Of a stretch of 64,000 nucleotides of DNA, positions 48,287 through 61,200 are shown piece after piece. This stretch comes from Macrostomum lignano. Lineage: Eukaryota. Position 1 is the stretch's first letter. The number at the start of each line of letters is the position of its first letter. The stretch is from contig NIVC01000025.1 of the NCBI GenBank assembly GCA_002269645.1, positions 310,001-374,000 on the forward strand, written 5' to 3'. The translations under genes and the position numbers were made by a program. Below the pieces are notes generated by a model, which was not told the DNA's origin, made no database searches, and saw only the letters and a list, made by a program, of their open reading frames with translations.

Positions 48287-49199
48287 GACGCAGCTGCTTG
48301 ACGACCTGAAGCTGATCCGTTTCTACGAGCTCAATGCTAATCCTGTATGGGCAGGGCTGCTGGTCAGAGAGAATATGGCGAATAGGGATAAAAATGAATT
48401 GTGTTCGCGGGATTTCAGGGAAGGCTGTGCAAAGGGGAGAGGGGGGAGGCTGTGAAACCTCAGGGAAGAATTGCTCACAAGGTGATGCGGGCTCTCTTCC
48501 AAGTGCTGCATCCAATAGGCTTTGCTTTACACACAGTTTCAATGCAAGGGAGGGAAAGCCTCCGGCTGCTGCTGCTACAGTGGCGTGAGCTGCGCGTACA
48601 CCCACCTCCCCTTTTCTTCCTTCTTTCCTTCACCTGTCTCTCCTGTCACCAACCCGCCACCCTCGAAGGCCTGGTCCAAAATTTTTTCCTCATTCCTTAT
48701 TCCAATCGAAAGCCGACCCGCCCCAAATATCGCCATGGTAACTAGGGATACAATGTAATCTGCGTACGCGCGCTATGCCAATGTGGTCTATAATGGATGC
48801 TTTCAACTGTATATCGTATGAGATCACGTGTACTCAAATGTATAAAAAATCTCCCAAGACTTGGCTATGAAGGATCAATACAGCTATTATAGCTGCTCAA
48901 AGGCCATTCTTGCAGTTGATTGATTGGGAAATTTCCCTTCTTTATCCTTCTGAGTGCAAGCCGTCAGGATTTGAATGCAGCCATCCCTGCTTTTAGACCG
49001 TTATGTACTCCCTCATAGAAATTATTGTTAGTGAACTAGCAAACTTAGCCCCAATATTTCTTCTGCAGTGAACTTTCTTGCGAAAAATCTAAATTTAAAA
49101 TAGATTTTAGTACGGTCCCTACTGTTTATGTCTTAAATATTAAGATGGTTCAAGTGCAGAAGAGCATTACCCTAGATGTCGAGCAACTCTCCCTTTGAT

Positions 49200-50770
49200 C
49201 CACAGAATCTCAGCAGCTCCTCTTTAAGACACTGAATCTCAGCAGCTCCCCTTTAAGACACTGAATCTCAGCAGCTCCCCTTTAAGACACTGAATCTCAG
49301 CAGCTCCTCTTTAAGACACTGAATCTCAGCAGCTCCTCTTTAAGACACTGAATCTCAGCAGCTCCCCTTTAAGACACTGAATCTCAGCAGCTCCCCTTTA
49401 AGACACTGAATCTCAGCAGCTCCCCTTTACGAGTAAGACACTGAATCTCAGCAGCTCCCCTTTAAGACACTGAATCTCAGCAGCTCCCCTTTAAGACACT
49501 GAATCTCAGCAGCTCCCCTTTAAGACACTGAATCTCAGCAGCTCCCCTTTGATCCACTGAATCTCAGCAGCTCCCCTTTAAGACACTGAATCTCAGCAGC
49601 TCTTCTTTAAGACACTGAATCTCAGCAGCTCCTCTTTAAGACACTGAATCTCAGCAGCTCCTCTTTAAGACACTGAATCTCAGCAGCTCCTCTTTAAGAC
49701 ACTGAATCTCAGCAGCTCCCCTTTAAGACACTGAATCTCAGCAGCTCCTCTTTAAGACACTGAATCTCAGCAGCTCCCCTTTAAGACACTGAATCTCAGC
49801 AGCTCCTCTTTAAGACACTGAATCTCAGCAGCTCCCCTTTAAGACACTGAATCTCAGCAGCTCCCCTTTAAGACACTGAATCTCAGCAGCTCCCCTTTAA
49901 GACACTGAATCTCAGCAGCTCCCCTTTACGAGTAAGACACTGAATCTCAGCAGCTCCCCTTTAAGACACTGAATCTCAGCAGCTCCCCTTTAAGACACTG
50001 AATCTCAGCAGCTCCTCTTTAAGACACTGAATCTCAGCAGCTCCCCTTTAAGACACTGAATCTCAGCAGCTCCTCTTTAAGACACTGAATCTCAGCAGCT
50101 CCTCTTTAAGACACTGAATCTCAGCAGCTCCCCTTTAAGACACTGAATCTCAGCAGCTCCTCTTTAAGACACTGAATCTCAGCAGCTCCTCTTTAAGACA
50201 CTGAATCTCAGCAGCTCCTCTTTAAGACACTGAATCTCAGCAGCTCCTCTTTAAGACACTGAATCTCAGCAGCTCCTCTTTAAGACACTGAATCTCAGCA
50301 GCTCCTCTTTAAGACACTGAATCTCAGCAGCTCCTCTTTAAGACACTGAATCTCAGCAGCTCCTCTTTAAGACACTGAATCTCAGCAGCTCCCCTTTAAG
50401 ACACTGAATCTCAGCAGCTCCCCTTTAAGACACTGAATCTCAGCAGCTCCCCTTTAAGACACTGAATCTCAGCAGCTCCCCTTTAAGACACTGAATCTCA
50501 GCAGCTCCTCTTTAAGACACTGAATCTCAGCAGCTCCTCTTTAAGACACTGAATCTCAGCAGCTCCTCTTTAAGACACTGAATCTCAGCAGCTCCTCTTT
50601 AAGACACTGAATCTCAGCAGCTCCTCTTTAAGACACTGAATCTCAGCAGCTCCTCTTTAAGACACTGAATCTCAGCAGCTCCCCTTTAAGACACTGAATC
50701 TCAGCAGCTCCCCTTTAAGACACTGAATCTCAGCAGCTCCTCTTTAAGACACTGAATCTCAGCAGCTCCC
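49200..50770. repeat. 29-bp minisatellite (TTAAGACACTGAATCTCAGCAGCTCCYCT)
   Basis: About 54 copies. Confidence 0.98.
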
Positions 50771-51724
50771 TTTCGGCAGCTTTTCTACCTCAAGGGCTGC
50801 ATGGATAGCTCGTAAATATTTTAGTTACTCTTCGTTACGGCGGGGCAAAGCAAACGCAATATGAAATTCTATGCGCTAATTCTAAAGAGAATGTCTCATG
50901 ATTAACTTTAGCTGTGTTTTAGCTGACTGCCGTAACAAGACTGCCCCCCCGCCACTTTGATCCTCGAGTCTTTTTGTATTCATGTTAGCTAATTGAAGCC
51001 CGGACGTGCAGCCGGTATGAGGAACAGTGTGCTAATTTTCTTTGAAGTCTTTTTCTTTGCTGTATGGCCCTTTGCAGTTTAACCTGTCATTCCTGTTATT
51101 TTTGCTATAGCAGCTCTTGCTTGCTCTCGGGAAACGGTGAATCTGAAGCTTGGGTATAAACTATGTACATTTAATAGGCGTGACGCGCGCTTTAGGCTAG
51201 AATGCGCAGTTCGCATGTCCTAAATCATCTTCACGTGTAGCCTTGGATTTTCCGGGTTTTAATTACGAAGCATACTAATTGCATGTCTATATTGAACCAG
51301 AAGACTGGGCTTGCGTACCGTACATGTACCGTACCGTACATACGTATGTGTATATGTATTACGTCGCTGGGTTAAGTAAGTTTCAAATTAATCAATTATC
51401 AAATTAACCATGTTGCAAGTCAAAAAACATTGTCAATATGTCGCTCGATTTTTTAGATAATTAATTAAGAAGGCATGCCAACTGCTCTCAGTGTCTAATT
51501 AGTAGTTAGATATCATTAGTTGGGCTTGATACAATCCTGATCATGCATTCACTATTACATGTTTATGCAATGTAATTTTAGCTCAAAGTGGCGTTTTCTC
51601 GACTATATTTACTTTAGAAACCGCTTCGTTCCCAGTTTTCATGGCTTTCAGTTTTCATTGCATGCTCAGTTGTACATGCACAGCATGATGTGCATGATGT
51701 GCATCTCCCCAATGCTTCAATTTC

Positions 51725-52109
51725 GAGTAAGCTAAATTGTAAACCTTGTTTGTAAATTGTAAACATTGTAAGCCCGCAATGGTGAGCGAACTCTCAATGT
51801 GGTTGATCGCCTCCGCAGGTCTCCTCCACAGATCAAGGAAGGCGAGCCCGGTCGGGGCAGACGGACAGTCGAAAAGGTGCAAGGACGTGTCTTCAGCGGC
51901 GTGGCATCTCAGACAAATGCTTGGAACCGGGTGGATGCGGTGCTAGTAAGTCAGCAAGATCAGCAAGATTAATGCAATGACCAGATCGCGCACTTGAGCG
52001 AGGTGTGTACGCTGGGCCCTGTTGAGCCAAGACTCCGAGCGATCAACTTCAGGTGGGGCGGAGCGCAGCAACGGACGCGGTGGAAGGTGGCTGACGTAGT
52101 TGAGGATGG
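51725..52109 (-). mobile_element. Non-LTR retrotransposon ORF2 C-terminus and 3' tail
   Basis: PPEVDRSESWLNRAQRTHLAQ..HRIHP..CLRCHAAEDTSLHLFDCP..DLW (CCHC knuckle), followed by a TTACAA-like repeated tail. Confidence 0.85.
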
Positions 52110-53960
52110 TGATGAGGACTCATCTTTTTTTCAATCTTAAAACCGCACATTTTGCTTCGATGCGCTTTCCCCCTACTGTCAGTAGGCTAGCTTGAGATTT
52201 TTTCTCTATTCTCTCATCTAATCTGAGTTCTCTACTAACGTATGACATTACTATTAATTATGTTAGATACTCAATGTACTTACCTTAAAATTCTAATTTT
52301 TGATTGTTTACGCAACTTTGAAGGTCAGACTGTCTGGGTCTGAGGCGGATTGACCTCTGACAGTCTAGACAGGCGACACTAAATCTGGGAGGAATGTTTT
52401 TTATCTCATTCTGACCTCCTGATTTGTGACTTTCACTATTTTTACTGATTTTTGACGGTCTAGCTGTCACTTATGGCTCCAGCCTGTCTGGGTCAAAGAG
52501 GTCTTTCCAGCTTTCTCCCCACTCGCTCTGTTGCTTTCTCCTTTGATTTATGGGCGTTTTGCAGTCACTTTTGGCGCCAGGATGTCTAGACAAGAGACTT
52601 TTATTATGCTTTGCGCATGATTTATGACCGAACCTGTCAACTTCCCTGGGGTCTGAAGGCCACCTGGTGGGGTGGGTTTTGGGGTATTGAGCTCAGCCAA
52701 TCAGAGACGACCTGACTGCCCCTGGCTCGTCCAATCGGGGAATTCGGCGCCTATTTTAACAAAAGCTCTCAGCCAATCAGAAAATTCGGCGCGCGTTATA
52801 ACAAATCGGCCGCATGAGAGCTATAAAAGGCGGCAACTAGACCCGCGCTCGAAAAGGCGTGCTTGGACCTCCCTGCTTGCACGGTCCTAACCCCGTCTTA
52901 GACGGCCCCTTCGGCATCTGCTGCGTCTTCGACGTCTGGTCCCCCTTCCCCCGGCAGTTTCGGCTTCAGCAGCTAAGCTCCCCTTGAGAGGCATCACCAG
53001 TACTTCCCGGCCGTAAACAAAGAGCATCTGCATCTTTCCTGCATCTTGACCTGCTTAACTGGGTGTGCCCTTTGTCTGACCCCTTACTATGTAGTCTGAT
53101 AGTATTTGCACTTTTGCTTGCTTGCTTTTTGTGTGCCAAACTCGAGGCAAAAGTTTCATATAATACTAAAAGTAGCCATTTGCTCTGACTCGATCTAAGG
53201 TGTTTAGGATTGCGGATTAAGTGAGAAAGTTAAATCTGGAAGTTAAAGACTTAGCGTTTTCTTTCTTTTTCGCAGTTCCAGCTGAGATGAGTGGCTAGAT
53301 CTAGAGGCAGAGGTCACAGTGGACCGGAAGCGGCGCAGTTCTCAGTCAATCAGTCGATCTCGGAGTTAAATATTAGTCTAAAGATCTCCGAAAGTGACAA
53401 TGCATCTACATCAACGCTATCTGTCGACGTGTTAACACATTTAGTGCCAAAAGCGTGCAGTTACGTGTACTTATGCATGTACTTCTGGGAATTTGGTAAT
53501 GAAATAGCACATTTGGTAGTGTATAAAGGCTCGCCAGCGCAAGAACCCCCTGCAAAAGTCCTCTCTGTCCCTGCATGGCCAATGCGATCTTAGTCCCAGC
53601 AGCGTCCCTTCTATTCGGCTATGACTTCGAGATTTAGACAGCTAAAAGACACTAGATGGCAGGTAAGTGCAGTGCCCCTCTAGTCGGAAGTCCGATTTCG
53701 ATAGCTCCGGTTTGGTGAGCCGGGGCGCACGGACTGGTGGCAGCGGGTTAGTTAATCTGCGGATTAGCTAATCTCTACCTTTCAAATTCTCCCTGCTTGT
53801 CTCTCGCTGTCTTCTCTTAGCTATAGGACCTTGCTGCTCGCCCACAATCTAGCTACCATGGGGCTGACCATCTGACAGGAGTGAGAGGCCATAGCTTTAA
53901 GTGATTCATTTCTGAGTTCTGAGGCCCGAAGCTATAGGCTTAAAAAGGCCGAACCCATCA
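52110..53960 (+). mobile_element. 1851-bp LTR-type element (A) with TGATG..CATCA termini and ATGG TSD
   Basis: ATGG at 52106-52109 and 53961-53964. Three CCAAT boxes (52697, 52731, 52773) and TATAAAA (52822). Removing the element rejoins the LINE fragments. Confidence 0.85.
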
Positions 53961-55340
53961 ATGGCGCGGGGGTTGTAGCGGTGGATCCCAGGAGGGATGA
54001 TGAAGTTAACGGAGTTGAAGAGCAAGCTAGGTGCAGAGCTGATGAAGATCACTGCGGATGTTTCTTTCTAGCAGGTCTAGCCGATTTGAAAGGTGGCATG
54101 GCACGAATGATCGTGGTCCTGCGTGCAGTGCAGAGCCAGAACTGAGCGGCCTGCAGGAGCTCCCAGTGCTGTTTAACTGGAAAGGCCAAGAGGCATTCCT
54201 GGTGCAGGTGCAAGATTGGCAGCCGGTAATGACACGAAGACTCAAAATGCCGCTAAGAAAAGCTGATGTCGCTAAGAAAAGTTTGCGTCGGACCTGTCAA
54301 TGGCCTTGTAGTAGGTGGCCAGCAGAGTTTCCTTATCTTGGCCCCACGAGCTGCCATGAGAGAGCCTTGAGGACGCTGTTGCTGGCTCGGATTGTGTTTG
54401 CCGCATGCTTATGGAGTTAAATTATCGAATTGGTGACGGGATGGCGCTGCCAAGAAAAAAAGAGGCGAAGCTTGGCGGAACTCGTGAGTCGTCGAGGTAA
54501 AAACAGTGGCGGGGTCGATTTGCCTGCGACAGCTGCAGGTGTTTGTTGCCCGGATATAAGCAGGGCATGTCCAGCTCAGGTACAGTAGGGCTGTAAAAGC
54601 AATGGAAATGCTGGTTATGACGGATGAGCGCGCGCAGATGGTAATGTCCTCCGCGTACTGGATGAGCTTGACCAGAGGCGGAGGAGGAGGGAGGTCAGGT
54701 CAGACAGGTAGAACGTGAAAAGAAGCTGAGAGATGACGCCTCCCTGTGGAACTCCGGCACGAAGCAGGCGAGCGTTGGAAAGCGCGCCACGGAATTCAAT
54801 CCCGGTGTGGCGCCCTCTGAGGTAGCCATGCAGCCAGTGGACGTCAGAGTGCGAGGAAGGCTACTATAGCCACCTGCAGCTTCGAACCCAGTCGAAAGCT
54901 TTTTGAAGATCGAGTGCTACCAGGAGACTGCGTTTGGTGGGTTTACGGCAGTTTTGCCCGTTGCTGATGAACTGAACCAGATTATGATTGGAGCAGTAGT
55001 GGTGGATTGCCTTATTGAAAGCCATGCTGCCAGTCTGGAAAAGAGAGCGATGATTGAAGACGAGGAAGAAGGACTTTCTCTAAAATTTTGATCACCGGAG
55101 AAAGAATGGAGACCGGATGATAGAAGTTGCCAAGGCGGGGTCTTTAATTGCCAGCCTTGGGAAGATCGAGAGGCATAACTTCGGCCGACGTCCATGAATT
55201 ATACTTGTAGAAGGTGAAATGCAGGAGATAATTTCGTTAGATTAAAAAAAGGCATCACCGACTTCCTCAATTGGGCCTCTTTACTTGATGGAGACAAGGG
55301 AGACTGCATGTACGTCGTTCCCAGTCCTTCTACATGTATA
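53961..55340 (-). pseudogene. Non-LTR (LINE) reverse transcriptase remnant
   Basis: PKAG..FYHPVSILSPVIKILEK..QHGF, STTTA, ALDLQKAFD, GVPQGGVIS.LLF and QYAED (YADD-like), with stops and frameshifts. Confidence 0.9.
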
Positions 55341-55481
55341 ACTTGACGAGGCCTAGTCGACCTTGGAGTCGTCTGTGGAAGTTTAATTGGTGTTAAAAAA
55401 TCTAATGCTTATTATATAGTTATGTACGAGTACGTTGAACTATAAATAAGTGCGCACCGGCCTTCCAGGCTTCTGTCACTT

Positions 55482-55730
55482 ATTCTACCGGCCTGCAATC
55501 ACTTCTCGCAACTTGATTTGGCCCACGCGTTGCCTGCACAGCCAAGAAGCCATGTACACAAAGCTGTTGTTGAGAAGCGGCAGTGTGGCTGTGTCTGTTG
55601 CATTTTTTATTGGTCTTGAGGTAAGGTAGCACGCTTTAGAAGGCAAAGGAATATAAAAGTGAAAATCAACATAGATTAACTTCTTTCGACGCGTTTCGGT
55701 CAAACAAGGGCCATATTCAGGGTCTGATGT
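55482..55730. mobile_element. Penelope-like remnant with decayed minimal hammerhead on the minus strand (55688..55720)
   Basis: Minus strand reads CTGAATA-TGGCC-CTTGTTT-GACC-GAAAC-GCGTC. The plus-strand block EAMYTKLL..GSVAV weakly resembles a GIY-YIG C-terminus and recurs at 58101. Confidence 0.55.
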
Positions 55731-55921
55731 ATTTTCTACTCACACACAGCAACTTTTATAAGATATAAAAAGAACAAACGTTTACATGTTCTGTACAGTC
55801 CAAAGGGCGTATCAGGGGCAGAGTTTTTTCAAAAGTAAGTGAGCAAAGATTATGAGTACACTGATCAGGTTAGTGCCCGCACCACTATATGGGAAAGCTG
55901 AATATTAAGATTTGGTTTTTG

Positions 55922-57919
55922 TGATGGGTTTCGACCTTCGGGCTCCTTGTTAGGGAAGCCTTCGGGCCTCAGGCTCAGAAATAAATCAATTAGAGTCCTG
56001 GCCCCACACTCCTGTCAGATGGTCAGCCCCATGGTAGCTTGATCGTGTGGCGAGCAGTCTGGGTCCTATAGCTAAGAGAGGGACAGCGAGAGACGAGCAG
56101 GGAGAATTTTGAAAGTAGAAATTAGCTAATCCGCAGATCAACTAACTTGCTGCCACCAGCCCGTGCGCCCTGGCTCACCACACCGGGACTCTCGAAATCG
56201 GGCTTCCGACTAGAAGGGGCTTTGCACTTACCTGCCAACTAGTGTCTTTTTGCTGTCAATCTCGAAGAAGTCATAGCCGATGATAAGGGACACTGCTGGG
56301 ACTAGATCGCATTGGCCATGCAGGTACAGAGGGGACTTGTGCAGGGGATTCTTGCGGTGGCGAGTCTATGGGGTAGCTGCATGTACTATTACATTGCTAA
56401 ATACGAAGATATGTACTTTTGGCCTTCAACGCGCCAACTAGCCTCTCATAGCGCTGATGATAGACTAACTCGAACTTCAGAGACCGCATGATTCATTTAC
56501 CCGAGCCGCTTGGCTACCCTAGAGTGCACAAAGTACATCTCTGGCGCCGATTCTGCACTTCTGGCAGTTTTGCTCACTGATTTGATAGATTGGTCGACTG
56601 AGAACTGCCTTGCCATGGTCCACTGTGACCGGCGCCTACTAGCTTAGCTACTCATCTGAGCCATCGGCGAACAAAGAAATAAAACCGATAAAAATAACTG
56701 TTAGATTTAACCTTCTCCTTAGTTCACTTCACACTTCAGATTGAATTGGAGTCTTAGACTACTAGCAGTATTATTGAATGATTTCTGCCTCGGCAACAGC
56801 ACTACTGAACAAAATGAGCAAAAGTGTGCGCCTAATTCAGCTACTGCAACAGGGGACAGATAAGGGATCACCCAATCAAGCAAGTCTATAGGTAGCCTCT
56901 CACCCAACCAATCAGAAACTCAACAGCCGGAGACCAGGTAATCCACAGTGACCGAATCGGCTCGATGCTCTGCAGCTGTAGACTCGGGATGATGCTGTCA
57001 CAATCTTCGCTGTTAGCTAGCAGGTGATGCTCTTAACTTGATGTTCGCTGCTGATGACCGGGGGACTCGTCCTTGATGATGATGGGGGAGGTCGCAATCC
57101 GGGGATCAAGAAACGACGGTCAGTTCCGGGCCGGTGGAGTAGGAACCAGGCCAGAGTCGGAACAGGTTGAAGTCCGAGCGGGCCAAAAACACCGGTTTAA
57201 ATAGCCGCCAACTGGACCGCAGTTTGTTATAATGGAACACGTCGATTCTGATTGGCTGAGCCGTTTTGTTAAAATGAGCGCCGAATTTTCTGATTGGCTA
57301 AGCTTGTTGCTACCCAGAATCACGTGACCGAGAGATCCTATCAGTTCCCACAGGGTCGTAAAAAGATGACAGGTGCGGCCATAAATCACTCAAAATCGCA
57401 ACAAAATGATTTATGACTTTTCGCGTAGGATTGACGGAAATTAATGAAAAAATATACATTAGAAAGCTCTTATTAAATAGAAAGTGAAGATAATGAAGAG
57501 AAATCGCTAATCGCTAATCCCAAAGTACTTTTAGGGGTAAAACGCATAGCTGTCAAAGCTGTCACACGCTTGAGTGAACACGAACAATAGGCTCTGACCT
57601 CATAAATCTTGATGGCCTGTCAAAATGATGAGAAAAAAGCTACCGCCCGCATCCTCTCAGACCATGCATCTGGCGCCCGCCTCAACACTGAGTGAGGCGC
57701 AGGTGGCTGTTAGACCAGCTTCGAAAGCGATGATTTATGACCCAAAAAGCTGCGCCTATGTTATTATCACTACTAGTATGACCAGACATTATATCTAGTA
57801 TAAATTTTATGAAAATTCGCAGAAAAAGGATAAAAATGCCCACTGCCCACTGTTAGTAGGCAAGTAAGTTCAGAGCCCATGTGCTAGCGCGGGATTTGGG
57901 AAAAAGTGCGTCCTCATCA
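55922..57919 (-). mobile_element. ~2.0-kb LTR-type element (B), inverted relative of element A
   Basis: Same termini (minus strand TGATGAGGAC...GAAACCCATCA), CCAAT boxes and TATTTAAA, and about 450 bp of clear similarity to the 3' end of A. No TSD found. Confidence 0.75.
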
Positions 57920-58100
57920 TGATTTCACTGCTAATGACATTCCTGGGAAATAAATTGATTCATTCTGATCAGAATTTCGGTGAGATTGTTAACTTCAATG
58001 TTGAAATTGGTCCAGAGCTGCAAACCGTGTAGGCCCTGTGCAACAAACAACGAATCAGGCCAACTTTCCACTGTCTCGCTTGATTCTTTGAATGTAATTA

Positions 58101-58290
58101 ATTCTACCGGCCTGCAATAACTTCTCGCAACTTGATTTAATTTGGCCCACGCGTTGCCTCACAGCACAGCCAATTCAAGAAGCCATGCGCACACAAAGCT
58201 GTTGTTGAGAAGCGGGAGTGTGGCTGTGAATTAATTCCTTGTTGGACCGAAACGCGTCGAAAGAAGTTAATTTAATTGATTTTCACAATT
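58101..58290 (+). mobile_element. Second Penelope-like remnant
   Basis: Copy of the 55482 block, followed on the same strand by CCTTGTTGGACCGAAACGCGTCGAAAGAAGTTAA (3' half of the hammerhead). Confidence 0.55.
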
Positions 58291-61200
58291 CCTTTGGTCT
58301 GGCAGAACAGATTTGGCCGGTTCATTGCATGATTGTCGCAGGGGATGTAAGGGTTAATAGCCTTCATACAAAGTCAACCTGATCAACTGGACTACAGGGC
58401 GCTCGATCGTACATGTACGTTTAGTTTAGTAATTTTTAGTATAATTTTTAGTATATAAGCTTTCTCCGACAATGGGATTTCTTAACGGATATTACGTTTT
58501 ATCTGAAAAATTTACAGTAGTTCACACAAGTCCGAAGCAAGCCTTTGATGGATATGTAATTTAGCTTAAAACAAGAAGTTGTTTAAAAAAACATTTTTTC
58601 GATTCCTGTCCTTGAAATTTACCATGATTCCTGAGCGAAATTCCGTACCATATAGATGCTCCCGACGCCTGACAGACATATCGACGTGTCGTGTGATGAA
58701 CGATTGCAATTTACATAACCTGTAAATGTAGTTATTAACAGCTCGTACATGCATTACAAATATTTGTATTAAGGTTGAGCTTAAGCAGATTCAGCATGAT
58801 TTTATTGATTTTTAACCTTAAATTTAAAGGCTTATTTTGTTGTACACAGTTGATACAATTTTATCGAATTTTAAAACGGCGCAGGAAAATAATATATTTA
58901 TAAAATAAATCAATCAATCGTCATCAATTGCTAGCTAGCGATAGCCGATAGTGCATGACTAGAGTGATAATTTTGTGTCTAGCGCAGAAAATTTCAATTC
59001 AGATTAAACATTGTATTGTATTAACTGTTGCAATTGAAAATTGCGAAAAGAATGTTAGGCGTAATTGGAATAATCTGAGAGTGAGACTGAGTCCGAGTCG
59101 CGTCTTATAAGTTATATAGTATTATATTTATTTAAGAAACTAAAACTAGGCCTAAATTGCTTCATTTAAATCAATCCCACTGATTTCATTTTAGTAGGGA
59201 CTACTTGTCTTAGGCCTAAGTAAGATTTTGATTTAATTTTAAAAGTTAGGCCTAGCTAGGCCCTATTTTTAGTAGGCCTAGGCGGCTAGGCCCTTTTTAA
59301 TAGGCTTTATAAAGCATTTATCAAAATCTTGCTTGAGAGAGACAAATAAAAAAACTTCAAACACATTGTGTTTTCAAATTAGTTAACTAAAAAGTTACTT
59401 ACAAACTTTTTTTTACATTTTTAACACTACACTTATAGTAGGCCTAGTTCATTTTGCTTAGGCCTATTAGGCATTGTGTCTAGGCCTATGATCATTGTTG
59501 CCAAAGCAAGAAGTTTTTTTACAAATAATTTCTAGGCCTATACAACTTTGACTTTATTTAAATAATATATCCTAATATATAATGTCACGTTTTTGTAGTC
59601 ATTGTAGTCCCAAATTAATGGTGAAGTCAACTCTTGCAGAGTGGATTGTGTAGCGGTAGCACTTGGCATATGATGGCAGAGGACTGCCATAGACTGTTTA
59701 TTGTCAAAGTCAATATGATTAATGTCAATGCAAGAGTTAGGGCCTATAGCATTCTAGGGCACTGGCGGCTGCAACAATGGGTTGATGTAATTGAAGTTAT
59801 GAAGTCAAGCAGGCTCATTCCATATAAGCATGGTCGTAACATGACAGGCTATTTTTACTTATAAAATGAAATATAATAATAGAATATACTAAACCAATAT
59901 TTTAAATGAAAGATAATTTTGTCAAAAATATTTTTATAGAGTTTCATGTAGATATCATCATTAGTATAGATGCTATTAAACCTTGAATGGCACTTATGGT
60001 CGTAACAACAGGATTTTTGACATATAGAAACTAAAAGGTAAAAGTCTTATAACATTTTTATTTTTGATATTTTGCAATACATTTTTTAAAATTTGACTAA
60101 GAACATCTTTAGTAATCATACTCTTTTTGTAGAATATATAAACTCAAAAAGGCAACAAAGATACAAAAGAAAAGGCAGCCTTATGGTCGTAACATTATGG
60201 TCGTAACATATTTTTTTCTGTCAATTCAGTAACTTTGAGATACCAATATATTAAAAATATAATAGATTATTTGGTCACCAATACTTTTATCTGATGATGC
60301 AAGTACTATACTTTTATCTATAGTTTGTTTCAACCTTCCAAAGCTTTCTATTTGTTTTTAAAAGGTACACAAACTTAATGATGTCTTTTGCTTAGAAAAA
60401 TGTCTAAATTTTTACAAAAATGACTTTTTGCCACTTGATAGCATACTAATCTAACATTTTATCATTCATTTATTCTTAGATTGTAGATATTACACATAAA
60501 AAACATTTGGTAAAAAAATTGGCTGATAAGGCAATGGCAAGCAAAAATATTGACTTTTTTCTATTTTCCAAAAATGTCCATCTTATATGGAATGAGCCAG
60601 CAGATGATGAAGGATGATGGTAAAGCAAAGTAGCAAGTGATGGTGCTGAGTACAGTGGTGGCAGTGAGTAGCAAGTAGACAAGTAGTGGCATGATTGGGC
60701 ACTAGCCCGTGGCAGTACAAGGTAGAGCACAAATGTGTAAACAAGTCTGGCCCCATAGTCAGGATGATGACATACATTACGCTGGAAATTTCTGGCGTAC
60801 AATTGAGAATTTTACTTTTTTTGGCATACAATTGGCGTAAAAAAATGAGGCAAAATATATTTGGCGTAACTTTTGGCGTGACGCCATGGCATAAATATGC
60901 CAAGCAGTGTACACTAACTCCAACCTTCACGCCAAAGTTAATATTAACAATTGTTGGCATAACGCCATAAACCTTAGAATCTTATTTTAAAAAAATCATA
61001 AAAACTGTAAAACTCGTAAGATGAAAGTTCATAACTATTCATTATTTATAAAAATTTAAAATTCCACGCAAACTAATCGTGTAATTTTCTAAAAAAAACT
61101 TAAACAAAAAATTGATTTTTGTTGGCATTATATGTAAGCCAATTTACTTTAAATAAAAACCACACATTTATTAAATTTTTATTGTTTAAAAATTGTGTAA

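Noticed and set aside
52110-57919. TGATGAG at one terminus and CGAAAC at the other as a split hammerhead (retrozyme-like)
   Set aside because: Stem II would be mismatched and span about 1.8 kb, and the leading C is missing; LTR-type TG..CA termini explain the pattern.
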